A stretch of DNA of 64,000 bases. Origin: Nitrospinota bacterium. GTDB taxonomy: Bacteria; Nitrospinota; Nitrospinia; Nitrospinales; VA-1. The stretch lies in the NCBI GenBank assembly GCA_013349585.1, contig DUZG01000004.1:96-64095 (forward strand). Reading direction: 5' to 3'. This document shows positions 32,495 to 43,305 of the stretch, one piece after another. A program made the translations under genes and the position numbers. Numbering within the stretch: the first letter of the stretch is position 1; the number at the start of each line of letters is the position of its first letter. The notes beneath the pieces were generated by a model. The model was not told the origin of the DNA, did no database searches, and saw nothing but the letters and a program-made list of their open reading frames with translations.

Positions 32495-32986
32495 TTGCGA
32501 CAGAAGCAACCGGAAAACCCAACAGATTTTGTTGATAAAGTGGTCAAGATCAACCGTGTAGCCAAGGTTGTAAAAGGTGGTCGCCGGTTCAGCTTCAGTG
32601 CATTGGTCGTGGTCGGTAATCGTGATGGTAAGGTGGGTTGGGGATTGGGTAAAGCCAATGAGGTACCTGAAGCCATTCGAAAAGGGGTTGAGAAGGCCAA
32701 GAAAAATTTGGTCGATATCAGCCTAGAAGGCTCTTCCATTCCGCATGCAGTGATTGGTGCTTATGGGGCGGGAAGAGTGATGTTGAAACCGGCATCGCGG
32801 GGAACTGGACTGATTGCAGGCGGAGCAGTACGCGCTGTATTGGAGGCGGCAGGTGTTCGCGATATTCTAACGAAATGTCTACGAACAAATAATCCGCACA
32901 ATGTTGTTAAAGCTACGATTCAAGGATTAATGGACCTCCGCAGTGCAAAAGATTGTGCTCGAGCGAGAGGAAAACAAGTAGGTTGA
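32495..32986 (+). CDS. rpsE: 30S ribosomal protein S5
   Basis: [27 protein letters not shown] signature. TTG start. Confidence 0.97.
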   Translation: MRQKQPENPTDFVDKVVKINRVAKVVKGGRRFSFSALVVVGNRDGKVGWGLGKANEVPEAIRKGVEKAKKNLVDISLEGSSIPHAVIGAYGAGRVMLKPASRGTGLIAGGAVRAVLEAAGVRDILTKCLRTNNPHNVVKATIQGLMDLRSAKDCARARGKQVG

Positions 32987-32999
32987 TCGAGGAAAAAGA

Positions 33000-33440
33000 A
33001 TGTTGCAATTATCTAATTTAAAAGGCATCGCTGGCGGTAGGAAAAATCGAAAGCGTGTGGGTCGTGGAATTGGCTCAGGTACTGGTAAGACTTCTGGCAA
33101 GGGCCAGAAAGGTCAGAACAGTCGCTCGGGAGGAGGAGTTCGCCCTTGGTTTGAGGGAGGACAGATGCCACTTCACCGAAGGTTGCCTAAGCGTGGTTTT
33201 ACGAATATTTTCAAAATATACTATGAACTCGTGAATGTCGATCAGTTGAATCGATTCGCCGGTATTGATCCTATTACTCCTGAAGTAATGAAGGAGAGGG
33301 GATTGATAAAAAAAATTGGAGCCGTAAAAATTCTTGGTAATGGCGAATTGAAAGAATCACTCAATGTGCATGCACATAAGTTCAGCGGATCAGCTCAAGC
33401 TAAAATTGAGAAATCCGGGGGAAAGGTTGTAAAACTATAA
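33000..33440 (+). CDS. rplO: 50S ribosomal protein L15
   Basis: [22 protein letters not shown] signature. It starts 13 nt after rpsE, with no L30 gene between them. Confidence 0.98.
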   Translation: MLQLSNLKGIAGGRKNRKRVGRGIGSGTGKTSGKGQKGQNSRSGGGVRPWFEGGQMPLHRRLPKRGFTNIFKIYYELVNVDQLNRFAGIDPITPEVMKERGLIKKIGAVKILGNGELKESLNVHAHKFSGSAQAKIEKSGGKVVKL

Positions 33441-34754
33441 ATGGCAGCAGAAAGCTTCGGCAATATATTTAGGATTCCTGAACTTAAAAAGAAAATTCTT
33501 TTTACGTTAGCGCTTTTAGTGGTTTATCGGATTGGGGCGCATATCCCAACTCCGGGAATCAACTCTGTGGCATTGGCGGAGTTATTTGCCCGGGCGCAGG
33601 GAACTATTCTTGGTTTTTTTGATATGTTCTCCGGTGGAGCTTTAAGCCGATTAACCATTTTTGCTTTGGGCATTATGCCTTATATTAGCGCATCTATTAT
33701 TTTACAACTGATGACGATTGTTTCGCCTTACTTAGCTAGGTTGAAAAAAGAAGGCGAGGCAGGGCAAAAAAAAATAACCCAGTACACACGTTATGGAACG
33801 GTATTGTTGAGTACGATTCAGGGGTCAGGAATCGCAGTGGGTTTGGAGGCCATGAGGAGTCCAGGTGGTATCCCCATAGTACCGGAACCAGGCTGGTCAT
33901 TTAGGTTGATGACGGTTCTTACTTTGACAGCCGGAACATCCTTTCTAATGTGGTTGGGGGAGCAGATCACGGAGCGGGGAATTGGTAATGGAATTTCCCT
34001 GATTATTTTTTCGGGTATTGTTGCAGGAACACCAGCGGCAATATTTCAATCGTTGGATTTGATGGGTACAGGTGAAATGTCTGTACTTGTTATGTTTGTC
34101 CTTCTTATAGTTATGATCGTGGTGGTAGGAGCCATTGTATTCACGGAAGGAGGGCAGCGACGGATACCGATCCAGTATGCCAAGCGAGTGGTGGGTCGAA
34201 AGATGATGGGCGGACAATCTACACATTTGCCTTTGAAAGTAAACACATCGGGGGTTATCCCGCCAATTTTTGCTTCTTCGATCATCATGTTTCCGGCAAC
34301 AATAGCACAGTTTATAAGTCATCCTTGGATGCAGACGGTTTCGGCTATGCTGACACCGGGGACGATTGTTTATAGTATGATTTTTGTCGGTGCAATTTTT
34401 TTCTTTTGTTATTTTTATACGGCGGTTATTTTTAACCCCGTCGATGTTGCTGACAATATGAAAAAGCACGGCGGTTATGTGCCTGGAATTCGACCAGGAA
34501 AAAAAACGTCAGAATATATTGATACGATTCTCTCAAGACTTACTTTTTATGGTGGAATATATTTGTCTTTAGTCTGTATATTGCCGGATTATTTGATAAA
34601 GTACTTCAATATCCCATTTTACTTTGGTGGAACAAGCTTGTTGATCGTGGTGGGTGTCTCTTTGGATACTATGCAGCAAATTGAGTCCCATCTGGTTATG
34701 AGAAATTATGATGGTTTTGTGAAAAAGGGTCGTTTGAAAAGCCGAAGAGGCTGA
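33441..34754 (+). CDS. secY: preprotein translocase subunit SecY
   Basis: 437 aa, polytopic membrane protein; [16 protein letters not shown] and [11 protein letters not shown] motifs. Confidence 0.98.
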   Translation: MAAESFGNIFRIPELKKKILFTLALLVVYRIGAHIPTPGINSVALAELFARAQGTILGFFDMFSGGALSRLTIFALGIMPYISASIILQLMTIVSPYLARLKKEGEAGQKKITQYTRYGTVLLSTIQGSGIAVGLEAMRSPGGIPIVPEPGWSFRLMTVLTLTAGTSFLMWLGEQITERGIGNGISLIIFSGIVAGTPAAIFQSLDLMGTGEMSVLVMFVLLIVMIVVVGAIVFTEGGQRRIPIQYAKRVVGRKMMGGQSTHLPLKVNTSGVIPPIFASSIIMFPATIAQFISHPWMQTVSAMLTPGTIVYSMIFVGAIFFFCYFYTAVIFNPVDVADNMKKHGGYVPGIRPGKKTSEYIDTILSRLTFYGGIYLSLVCILPDYLIKYFNIPFYFGGTSLLIVVGVSLDTMQQIESHLVMRNYDGFVKKGRLKSRRG

Positions 34755-34757
34755 TTG

Positions 34758-35402
34758 ATGAGATTGATTCTTTTAGGGCCACCTGGTGCCGGCAAAGGTA
34801 CTCAGGCAAAAATGCTGAAAGATAAATTTCAAATTCCACAAATATCCACTGGCGATATTTTGAGGCAAGCGGTAAAAGATAATAGCGATATGGGTGCTCG
34901 TGTAAAAATAATTATGGATGCGGGGCAGTTAGTTTCTGACGAAATAGTTATTGACCTGATTAAAGAGCGTATCAAACAAGCGGATTGTGAAGCCGGCTTC
35001 ATTCTGGATGGTTTTCCCCGGAATATTGCTCAAGCTGAAAAGCTTTCGGAAACCCTGATTGAGATGAATCTGGAAATAGATTGTGTGATCGACTTGGAAG
35101 TAAATGCCGAGGAAGTAGTCAACCGGTTAACTGGAAGAAGCACTTGTGCGGAATGTGGTGCCATGTTTCATTTATTATCTCGCCCTCCAAAGGTTCCTAG
35201 AGTTTGTGATAGTTGCGGGGGGGGGCTGGAGCAACGGCCAGACGATAATAGAGAAACGATTCGCGAAAGATTAAAAGTTTATATGGAGTCTACCGCTCCT
35301 CTAAAAGAATTTTATAAAAAACAGGGGAATTTTAAAATGGTCGAAGCAAAGGGCTCAGTGGAAGAAATTTTTTCTGATGTTTGCGGAATTATAGATGTCT
35401 AA
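34758..35402 (+). CDS. adk: adenylate kinase (zinc-lid type)
   Basis: [18 protein letters not shown]-loop. Lid sequence CAECGAMFH...VCDSCGG. ATG 34758 is preferred over TTG 34755. Confidence 0.97.
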   Translation: MRLILLGPPGAGKGTQAKMLKDKFQIPQISTGDILRQAVKDNSDMGARVKIIMDAGQLVSDEIVIDLIKERIKQADCEAGFILDGFPRNIAQAEKLSETLIEMNLEIDCVIDLEVNAEEVVNRLTGRSTCAECGAMFHLLSRPPKVPRVCDSCGGGLEQRPDDNRETIRERLKVYMESTAPLKEFYKKQGNFKMVEAKGSVEEIFSDVCGIIDV

Positions 35403-35613
35403 AGAAGAATCCATAGAGGTAGAGGGCACAATATTAGAGCCGTTGCCTAACGCAATGTTTAGAGTCGAGTTAGATAACGGGCATAAGGTGTTAGCTCATA
35501 TTTCGGGGAAGATGCGAATGCATTTTATTCGAATTTTATCGGGAGATAAGGTGAAAGTTCAACTCTCACCTTATGATCTGACACGTGGCCGAATTACCTA
35601 TCGATATAAATAA
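35395..35613 (+). CDS. infA: translation initiation factor IF-1
   Basis: 72 aa; [35 protein letters not shown]. Overlaps the adk 3-prime end by 8 nt. Confidence 0.98.
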   Translation: MSKEESIEVEGTILEPLPNAMFRVELDNGHKVLAHISGKMRMHFIRILSGDKVKVQLSPYDLTRGRITYRYK

Positions 35614-35625
35614 GAGGAAAGAACC

Positions 35626-35739
35626 ATGAAAGTAAGAAGCTCAGTCAAACCGATTTGCATGAAATGTAAAGTGATTCGCCGCCGCGGTGTTGTGCGGGTG
35701 ATTTGCGAAAATCCAAAACACAAGCAGCGACAAGGATAA
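35626..35739 (+). CDS. rpmJ: 50S ribosomal protein L36
   Basis: 37-aa ORF below the track cutoff: [37 protein letters not shown]. Confidence 0.95.
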   Translation: MKVRSSVKPICMKCKVIRRRGVVRVICENPKHKQRQG

Positions 35740-35749
35740 AGGAGAAACA

Positions 35750-36121
35750 GTGGCACGAATAGCAGGTATTGATATTCCAAAAGAGAAACCGGCTTGGATC
35801 GCTTTGACTTATATATATGGGGTGGGAAGGACATCATCGCATGCGATTCTCAAAAAAGCTGAGGTGGGTGAAGAAATAAGGATGAAGGATTTGACGGAAG
35901 AAGAGATAACCCGCATCCGAAGCGTCATTGACAAGGAGTACGAGGTTGAAGGCGACCTTAGGCGTAATATCAATATGAATATAAAAAGATTGATGGATAT
36001 CAGTTCTTATAGAGGTCTTAGGCACCGTAGAGGTTTGCCGGTCCGTGGGCAGAGAACTCATACCAATGCGCGAACAAGAAAAGGCCCTAAGAAAACAGTC
36101 GGTGCTCGTGCTAAAAAATAA
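35750..36121 (+). CDS. rpsM: 30S ribosomal protein S13
   Basis: [12 protein letters not shown]...[21 protein letters not shown] start. Confidence 0.98.
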   Translation: MARIAGIDIPKEKPAWIALTYIYGVGRTSSHAILKKAEVGEEIRMKDLTEEEITRIRSVIDKEYEVEGDLRRNINMNIKRLMDISSYRGLRHRRGLPVRGQRTHTNARTRKGPKKTVGARAKK

Positions 36122-36175
36122 GGGTGCTTTAAATATTAGAGATTCTCATAAAAAAGATCTGGAGAAATTAAATTA

Positions 36176-36565
36176 ATGGATAAGAAATCCAAAAGCGGTA
36201 AGAAAAAACAGAAAACAGCTCCGGAAGTAGGCATAGCTCATATCCGCGCCACATTTAACAATACCATCATTACAATTTCGGATATGTCCGGTAATGTAGT
36301 TTCTTGGTCGAGTGCTGGAGCGCAGGGGTTTAAGGGTTCTAGGAAAAGCACACCCTTCGCAGCCCAGGTGGCCGCAGACAAGGCAGCGGTTAAAGCCAGA
36401 GATATGGGAATGAAAAAACTTGAAGTTCATGTGAAAGGTCCGGGTTCTGGGCGTGAATCTGCAATCCGTTCCTTGCAAGCAGCTGGAATGGAAATTCTTG
36501 TTATTAGAGACAGAACCCCAATTCCGCATAATGGTTGTCGTCCGAGAAAGCGACGAAGAGTTTAG
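36176..36565 (+). CDS. rpsK: 30S ribosomal protein S11
   Basis: [22 protein letters not shown] signature. Confidence 0.98.
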   Translation: MDKKSKSGKKKQKTAPEVGIAHIRATFNNTIITISDMSGNVVSWSSAGAQGFKGSRKSTPFAAQVAADKAAVKARDMGMKKLEVHVKGPGSGRESAIRSLQAAGMEILVIRDRTPIPHNGCRPRKRRRV

Positions 36566-36689
36566 TGAGATTATATAATTGTTCGATGATTTTCTCTGAC
36601 ATGACCCTGTTCTTTTGTAAGGGTTACTTCCAGTAAAAATCAAATTTTAGAGTGACTAAAGTGTTTAAATCTGAAAGGAGAAGCTGAAT

Positions 36690-37316
36690 TTGGCCAGGTA
36701 TCGAGGTTCTGTTTGTCGACTATGTCGGCGAGAAGGAATAAAACTGTATCTAAAAGGTTCCCGTTGCGAGACGGCAAAATGCGCTATTGAAAAAAGGGCT
36801 TACCCTCCTGGACAGCATGGTCAAGGGCGCACTAAATTCTCGGAATACGGGGTTCAGCTTCGTGAAAAGCAAAAGGTAAAGCGTATTTATGGTGTGTTGG
36901 AAAAACCATTCCGAAACTACTTTTTTGCAGCAAATAAGAAAAAAGGCGCGACCGGTGAGAACCTTTTGCAAAACCTGGAATTGAGATTCGATAATGTCGT
37001 GTATCGAATGGGTCTTGCGCCATCTAGAAATGCTGCCCGTCAGTTGGTTCGACATAGACATTTTACTGTCAATGGAAAAAAAATGGATGTCCCTTCATAT
37101 ATTCTTAAGCAGGGAGATACCATCGCGCCAAATCCAAACAAAAGTAAAAAGAAGCCAGTCAACTTAGCTATAGAAAATATAAAAAATAAAAACTTGCCGG
37201 AATGGCTTACATTCGATGCTGATAGCAAGCAGGGAATTGTACAGGCAATGCCTGCAAGAGAAGATGTTGCGATGCCAATTGAAGAACAGTTGATCGTTGA
37301 GCTCTACTCGCGATAA
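36690..37316 (+). CDS. rpsD: 30S ribosomal protein S4
   Basis: [26 protein letters not shown]-terminus (Cys-containing form). TTG start. Confidence 0.97.
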   Translation: MARYRGSVCRLCRREGIKLYLKGSRCETAKCAIEKRAYPPGQHGQGRTKFSEYGVQLREKQKVKRIYGVLEKPFRNYFFAANKKKGATGENLLQNLELRFDNVVYRMGLAPSRNAARQLVRHRHFTVNGKKMDVPSYILKQGDTIAPNPNKSKKKPVNLAIENIKNKNLPEWLTFDADSKQGIVQAMPAREDVAMPIEEQLIVELYSR

Positions 37317-37377
37317 GGGGTTATTCGCTAAATAATTAACAATTGATAAGACCCGAATTTAGGGGGTCGGAGGCTAC

Positions 37378-38406
37378 ATGTTTACAGCCCAGGGAATCGT
37401 TAAACCAAAACGTTTAGAATTTGATAAACAAAATAGATCCGCATATTATGCCACACTGAGTGCTGGTCCGTGCGAGCGGGGGTTTGGTGTAACCATTGGA
37501 AATTCATTGCGCAGAATGTTGCTTTCTTCTATCGAAGGGGCTGCTGTTGTCGCGGTAAAGTTTGAAGGAATATTTCATGAATTCTCCTCTATTCCAGGTG
37601 TGATGGAGGATGTGACAGAGATAATACTCAATATTAAGCAGCTTAATCTTAAATTGACCGGTGAAGCAGACTCAAAACGTATTTTTATCAAGGCAAGCGA
37701 AGCAGGTACTATTTGCGCAAAAGATATCATTGCTGACCCAGATCTCGAAATTTTGAATCCTGATCATGTTATTCTCACAATAGACCAGAGCGCGAAAGTA
37801 GATGTTGAAATGATCGTGAGAAAAGGTCGCGGATATGTTTCAGCAGATAAACATGTCATTGAAAATGAATCTGTACAAATAATTCCGATAGACTCTAGCT
37901 TCTCTCCCATCGAAAAAATTTCCTACCATGTAGAAAATACAAGGGTAGGTCAGTCCAGTGATTATGATTCGTTGATCATGGAGTTATGGACGAACGGAGG
38001 CATCACTCCTGAAGATGCATTGGCGCATGCAGCAAAAATAGTCAAAGACCATATGCAAATTTTTATCAACTTCGATGAAGAGCCAGAACCGGTTATGCCT
38101 CAAGTTGATGAGAAAAAACAAAAGATGTTGAGCAATATGGCAAAATGTGTTGAAGAGCTTGAACTTTCTGTACGTTCCTACAACTGTTTAAAGAATGCAA
38201 ATATCCAGACCATTGCCGAGTTGGTGACGAAAACAGATGGTGAGATGCTTAAAACGAGAAATTTTGGCAGAAAATCGCTAAACGAAATTAAAGAAATTCT
38301 CGAAGAAATGGGACTCCACTTGGGGATGAAAGTAGAAGAAGAAGATTTGAAGCAAATCATTCAAGCACAGAAGAAAAAAGAAACGGATACAGAAGTCGAA
38401 CAATAA
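37378..38406 (+). CDS. rpoA: DNA-directed RNA polymerase subunit alpha
   Basis: 342 aa. N-terminal domain [18 protein letters not shown]-terminal domain [24 protein letters not shown]. Confidence 0.98.
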   Translation: MFTAQGIVKPKRLEFDKQNRSAYYATLSAGPCERGFGVTIGNSLRRMLLSSIEGAAVVAVKFEGIFHEFSSIPGVMEDVTEIILNIKQLNLKLTGEADSKRIFIKASEAGTICAKDIIADPDLEILNPDHVILTIDQSAKVDVEMIVRKGRGYVSADKHVIENESVQIIPIDSSFSPIEKISYHVENTRVGQSSDYDSLIMELWTNGGITPEDALAHAAKIVKDHMQIFINFDEEPEPVMPQVDEKKQKMLSNMAKCVEELELSVRSYNCLKNANIQTIAELVTKTDGEMLKTRNFGRKSLNEIKEILEEMGLHLGMKVEEEDLKQIIQAQKKKETDTEVEQ

Positions 38407-38432
38407 GGATTTACTAAGGAGTACAACCATCA

Positions 38433-38987
38433 ATGCGGCATTTGAAAGCAGGTAGAAAGCTAGGGAGAACATCCGCTCACCGTAAGGCACTTTTTCGAAA
38501 CCTTGTCGGGGCATTGATCCTGAGAGAGCGAATCAGTACCACAATGGCTAAAGCAAAAGAATTGCGCGGAAAAGTGGAAAAAACAATTACCCTTGGGAAA
38601 AAAGGGACGCTTCACGCAAGACGGCAGGCTTTCAAGCTGGCACCGCAAAAAGAAACTGTGCAAAAAGTTTTTGGTCCTTTGGCAGAGCGTTATGCTAAAC
38701 GGCCTGGTGGTTACACCCGCATTATAAAGATAGGCCCGCGAAAAGGGGATAATGCCCCTATGGTGTTTATAGAATTGGTAGACCGCGAGGGTGATGCGCC
38801 TACTCTAGAAAAAAGAAAAGGCGCAGCGAAAAAAGAAGCTCCTAAAACTGTAGCAAAAAAAATGGCAACGCCGAAAACAGCTGATAAAAAACCAGCCTCA
38901 AAAAAAGAAACCGAAAATAAAAAAGACACAAAAGAGAAAGCAGATCCGAAAAAAACTGACGATAAAGATAAGGAAGATAAAAAATAA
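38433..38987 (+). CDS. rplQ: 50S ribosomal protein L17 with Lys/Ala/Pro-rich C-terminal extension
   Basis: [24 protein letters not shown] core, followed by a ~65-aa low-complexity basic/acidic tail. Confidence 0.96.
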   Translation: MRHLKAGRKLGRTSAHRKALFRNLVGALILRERISTTMAKAKELRGKVEKTITLGKKGTLHARRQAFKLAPQKETVQKVFGPLAERYAKRPGGYTRIIKIGPRKGDNAPMVFIELVDREGDAPTLEKRKGAAKKEAPKTVAKKMATPKTADKKPASKKETENKKDTKEKADPKKTDDKDKEDKK

Positions 38988-39003
38988 TACCCTTTATCGT
39001 TTA

Positions 39004-39420
39004 TCAAAGGCAGTTCGGACCCACCCCTGTTGGCCCGTGTTTGAACCTGAAGTTGGTGCTCTCCTTTATATAAATTAATAAATCGTCGTAGCTTTTGAAG
39101 TGCTCTGTGAAACCGTAATCATCGCCAGTATATTCACAAGACTCAGTGCTATGCTCGCGGCACATATAAGGCCGATGTTCATAGATTGCGCATTTATTGT
39201 CGGGCATTAAGAAATTGCACCGATTATGAATCATGATGAACCAGTCTTTCCTATAAATATAAATCGAAGTGTTCTCATGGGCAATCTTCCATAGTAAACT
39301 TTCGTAATCACGTCGGTCTTCGGGTTCATCTATTCCAAAGGCGAAATAATTACAGCAATAGGCTGGAAGGCATTTTTCGCATTGATGGGTATCGTCTCTT
39401 GTGCTTTTTATTTTATCCAT
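39004..39420 (-). CDS. YkgJ-family Cys-cluster protein (putative zinc/iron-chelating CxxCxxCC domain)
   Basis: 138 aa. HQCEKCLPAYCCNYF motif, plus later Cys residues (NRCNF, DNKCAIYEHRPYMCREH). Confidence 0.65.
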   Translation of the reverse strand: MDKIKSTRDDTHQCEKCLPAYCCNYFAFGIDEPEDRRDYESLLWKIAHENTSIYIYRKDWFIMIHNRCNFLMPDNKCAIYEHRPYMCREHSTESCEYTGDDYGFTEHFKSYDDLLIYIKESTNFRFKHGPTGVGPNCL

Positions 39421-39597
39421 GAAATATCCTTACGAGTTCAAAAATAATAGATTTGAAAGTTGAAGCAGGGGCTATTTTGCCTGCCAATCTTTTAGGAGTC
39501 AACCCTCTCGCTACAGAAGTAATACATGGTTATAGAAAAATTATTATGGTTTTAATGGAGTAGACCTGATTGCCATACGCCGACGGGGAGAAAGAGG

Positions 39598-39799
39598 TTG
39601 ACAAGTGGGGGATAACTTAATAAAGTATAAAGGATCCAAAATCTCCCAAACATAATCCCAATCAAAACAAATCACATGCCAGCTTATCTTTTGCGCGCTT
39701 TAGTCGTTAATTAATCAATGAACTATCAAAATTAATTCTAGGATAATCCCATATACTAGAAAATCTATTTCTACTCTCACCTCAAAGAAGCCACAAACC
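39598..39799 (+). promoter_or_regulatory. rho promoter candidate plus long C-rich/G-poor leader
   Basis: TTGACA (39598-39603), 17-nt spacer, TAAAGT (39621-39626). A ~170-nt untranslated leader follows. Its first half (CCAAAATCTCCCAAACATAATCCCAATCAAAACAAATCACATGCC) is nearly G-free. Confidence 0.5.
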
Positions 39800-41059
39800 A
39801 TGACCCAAATGAATATCGAAGAGCTTAAGGCTAAAACTATATCTGAACTCACTAATATTGCCAAAGATTTAAAAATTCAAGGTCACAGTGGCCTCAGGAA
39901 GCAGGACCTGATTTTTAGAATTCTGGAAGCTAAGACAGAAAAAGACGGTTTGATGTTTGGCCAAGGCGTATTGGAGATTCTCCCTGATGGATTTGGGTTT
40001 CTAAGAGCTCCAACTTACAATTACCTACCGGGACCGGATGATATATATGTTTCACCTTCGCAGATTCGAAAATTCGATATGCGAACGGGCGATACGATTT
40101 CAGGTCAGATCAGACCTCCAAAAGACAGCGAACGCTATTTTGCTTTGCTGAAAGTAGAGGCGATCAACTTTGAAAATCCAGATAAAACCAAAGACAAAAT
40201 TTTATTCGATAACTTAACACCCCTTTATCCAGAAGAGCGGATTCGCTTGGAAACACCATCTAGTAAAGATTACAGTGCTCGCGTTATGGACTTAATGACA
40301 CCAATTGGTAAGGGACAACGTGGGTTGATCGTGGCGCCGCCACGTACCGGTAAAACCATGTTATTACAGTCGGTCGCAAATAGCATCAGTACCAATTACC
40401 CTGAAGTTGCGTTGATCGTACTTCTAATTGACGAGCGCCCCGAGGAAGTTACTGATATGCAACGTTCGGTGCGTGGGGAGGTAATAAGTTCGACCTTTGA
40501 TGAGCCAGCCCAGAGGCATGTTCAGGTGGCGGAAATGGTCATCGAAAAGGCCAAAAGGCTAGTAGAGCACAAACGAGATGTCGTAATTTTACTAGACAGC
40601 ATTACCCGTCTGGCACGCGCTTACAACGCCATTGTGCCTCCAAGCGGCAAAGTATTGTCGGGTGGTGTAGACTCCAACGCATTGCAGCGTCCGAAAAGAT
40701 TTTTTGGTGCAGCCCGAAACTTAGAAGAAGGTGGAAGTCTGACCATCATTGCGACAGCTTTGGTTGACACAGGAAGTCGCATGGATGACGTTATTTTCGA
40801 AGAATTTAAGGGTACAGGTAATATGGAAATAGTTCTTGATCGCAAACTTGCGGATAAGAGAACCTTTCCTTCAATCGATATCAACCGCTCAGGTACTCGA
40901 AAAGAAGAGCTTCTTTTGCCAGAGCAAGACTTGCAACGCGTGTGGTTATTGAGAAAAGTTTTGCTCCCCATGGGCATCCATGATACGATGGATCTTCTCC
41001 TACAGAAGATTAAGGAATCTAAAACAAACGCCGAATTTTTGGCGACCATGAACTCTTGA
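39800..41059 (+). CDS. rho: transcription termination factor Rho
   Basis: 419 aa. Contains [14 protein letters not shown], the P-loop [12 protein letters not shown] and [12 protein letters not shown]. Confidence 0.99.
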   Translation: MTQMNIEELKAKTISELTNIAKDLKIQGHSGLRKQDLIFRILEAKTEKDGLMFGQGVLEILPDGFGFLRAPTYNYLPGPDDIYVSPSQIRKFDMRTGDTISGQIRPPKDSERYFALLKVEAINFENPDKTKDKILFDNLTPLYPEERIRLETPSSKDYSARVMDLMTPIGKGQRGLIVAPPRTGKTMLLQSVANSISTNYPEVALIVLLIDERPEEVTDMQRSVRGEVISSTFDEPAQRHVQVAEMVIEKAKRLVEHKRDVVILLDSITRLARAYNAIVPPSGKVLSGGVDSNALQRPKRFFGAARNLEEGGSLTIIATALVDTGSRMDDVIFEEFKGTGNMEIVLDRKLADKRTFPSIDINRSGTRKEELLLPEQDLQRVWLLRKVLLPMGIHDTMDLLLQKIKESKTNAEFLATMNS

Positions 41060-41069
41060 CGGTGACACA

Positions 41070-41309
41070 ATGAAACAAGGAATTCATCCAGAATATTACG
41101 AATCAACGGTTCGCTGCGCATGTGGAGCGGAAGTGACGACAAAAACAACCGTGAAAGATATGCATGTGGAAATTTGTTCACAATGCCATCCCTTTTTCAC
41201 GGGTAAACAGAAACTTCTGGATACTGCAGGTCGCATTGAAAAATTTAACCGTAAATATGGCAAGGCAAAACCCGCCGCAGAACAGACTGAAACCACAAGC
41301 CCTCAATAG
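41070..41309 (+). CDS. rpmE: 50S ribosomal protein L31 (Cys-containing type A)
   Basis: [22 protein letters not shown]...[10 protein letters not shown]. Confidence 0.97.
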   Translation: MKQGIHPEYYESTVRCACGAEVTTKTTVKDMHVEICSQCHPFFTGKQKLLDTAGRIEKFNRKYGKAKPAAEQTETTSPQ

Positions 41310-41374
41310 AACTTATCCTGCTTTTTATTTCCTCGGCTTTACCCGCTTGATGCGCGTTTCTAAAGGCATTTCCC

Positions 41375-42442
41375 ATGTTCGATAAGTTGAAAACGGTTGA
41401 GAAACGTTATAACGATCTCAACGAATTGCTAAGCGATCCTAAGGTTATCGCTCTGCAATCCGAATACAAGAAGTATGCCAAAGAGCAATCTGATTTAACG
41501 CCGATTGTAAAGAGGTATAAAGATTTAAAAGAATTTGTCCAGCAATTAGAAGATAGTAAAAAGATTCTGGAAGAAGAGAAGGATCCAGAAATGCTGGAAA
41601 TGGCAGAAGAAGACCTTGCTCAGGTAGAAATTAAAAAACAAAAAGCCGAAAGTGATTTAAAACTCCTTCTTTTGCCAAAAGACCCGCGTGATGATCGCAA
41701 CGTGATTGTTGAAATTCGCGCAGGTACAGGAGGAGAAGAGGCGGCATTGTTTTCAACCGACTTGTTCCGAATGTATTCCCGATATGCAGAAGAAAAAAAA
41801 TGGCAGGTGGAAATCTTAAGTTCCAATCTGACCGGCAAGGGAGGATTCAAAGAGGTGATCTTTAGCATCTCTGGTAAAGGGGCTTACAGTAAATTAAAAT
41901 ATGAAGGCGGTACTCACCGCGTTCAACGGGTGCCCGATACCGAAAGTCAGGGGCGCATCCATACATCGGCGGTCACGATTGCTATTCTTCCTGAAGTGGA
42001 AGATGTCGATTTAAAAATAAATCCATCAGATATTAAGATAGATGTTTATCGCGCATCGGGTCCAGGAGGACAAAGCGTTAACACCACTGATTCGGCAGTG
42101 CGCCTCACATTTGTTCCGACCGGAATGATCGTGACGTGTCAGGATGAAAAATCTCAACACAAGAATCGCGAAAAAGCGATGAAGGTATTGAGAGCCCGAT
42201 TGTATGATGAAGAACAAAAAAAAGCACATGATGAACAAGATAGTGAACGCAAGCAACAGGTTGGCTCGGGGGATCGAAGTGAACGAATCCGTACCTATAA
42301 TTTTCCGCAGGAACGGGTTACCGATCACCGAATTGGACTAACCCTGCATAAGTTGTCGGCGGTTATGGAAGGCGCGCTGGAGGAAGTCATCGATGCGTTG
42401 ACTCTTCATTTCCAATCCGAAGCGCTTAAAGGCAATAATTAA
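41375..42442 (+). CDS. prfA: peptide chain release factor 1
   Basis: 355 aa. GGQ motif ([16 protein letters not shown]) and the RF1 domain-2 context with PEVEDVD. Confidence 0.97.
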   Translation: MFDKLKTVEKRYNDLNELLSDPKVIALQSEYKKYAKEQSDLTPIVKRYKDLKEFVQQLEDSKKILEEEKDPEMLEMAEEDLAQVEIKKQKAESDLKLLLLPKDPRDDRNVIVEIRAGTGGEEAALFSTDLFRMYSRYAEEKKWQVEILSSNLTGKGGFKEVIFSISGKGAYSKLKYEGGTHRVQRVPDTESQGRIHTSAVTIAILPEVEDVDLKINPSDIKIDVYRASGPGGQSVNTTDSAVRLTFVPTGMIVTCQDEKSQHKNREKAMKVLRARLYDEEQKKAHDEQDSERKQQVGSGDRSERIRTYNFPQERVTDHRIGLTLHKLSAVMEGALEEVIDALTLHFQSEALKGNN

Positions 42443-42447
42443 AAAAG

Positions 42448-43305
42448 ATGGATGCAAACATCAACTCATTTCTAAATTGGTCGCAAAGCCAATTAGCTGA
42501 GGCGGGTGTGCTCTCTCCCCGACTGGATTCCGAAATTATACTTGCCCATACTTTGAACCTTTCGCGAACTGATCTTTGGACGCAGGGCAAAAGGGTTCTC
42601 AGTGAATCTGAAGTGAAAAACGTAAAAAAATTTATGGAACGGCGACTCAATCGAGAACCCATTTCCCTGATTGTCGGGCATCAAGAATTTTGGTCTCTTG
42701 ATTTTATCGTCGATGAAAATGTTCTTACTCCCAGACCTGAAACCGAGTTGCTGGTCGAAACAGCTTTGAATTTTATATTATCCCCTACTGCTAAAATTCT
42801 AGATTTGGGAACGGGATCAGGAGCCCTTGCTGTGGCAATGGCAAAAGAGATTTCGGAATCCAAAGTTTCTGCGATCGATATAGACCCCAAAGCTCTGAGC
42901 ATTGCTAAAAAAAATGCAGAGCGTCATGGTGTTGCAAATCAGATTGAATTTATTTGTGCAGATTTAAGAAAATGCGATTGGTCGGGGTGCTTCTCGATGG
43001 TTTTATCGAATCCGCCTTATATCAAGTCCGCAGATATTCAAAAAATAATGCCAGAGGTTCGGAATTATGAACCTGGGAAAGCGTTGGACGGGGGTGTAAC
43101 AGGTCTGGACTTTTATCAGGCCATTATCCCGATGGCCATTGATCGACTTGAAGAGAACGGGTTTTTGATATTAGAGATTGGCCATGATCAAGCAGATGAG
43201 GTCACAGCTTTATTAGATAATTTTTCATGTTACCGAAATGTTGAAGTGATTCAGGATTATTCGGGGTACGACCGAGTGGTCAAAGCGAAAAAAAAAAATG
43301 GATAA
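42448..43305 (+). CDS. prmC: release-factor glutamine N5-methyltransferase PrmC/HemK
   Basis: SAM motif ILDLGTGSGALA and catalytic NPPY (VLSNPPYI). Located immediately downstream of prfA. Confidence 0.95.
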   Translation: MDANINSFLNWSQSQLAEAGVLSPRLDSEIILAHTLNLSRTDLWTQGKRVLSESEVKNVKKFMERRLNREPISLIVGHQEFWSLDFIVDENVLTPRPETELLVETALNFILSPTAKILDLGTGSGALAVAMAKEISESKVSAIDIDPKALSIAKKNAERHGVANQIEFICADLRKCDWSGCFSMVLSNPPYIKSADIQKIMPEVRNYEPGKALDGGVTGLDFYQAIIPMAIDRLEENGFLILEIGHDQADEVTALLDNFSCYRNVEVIQDYSGYDRVVKAKKKNG

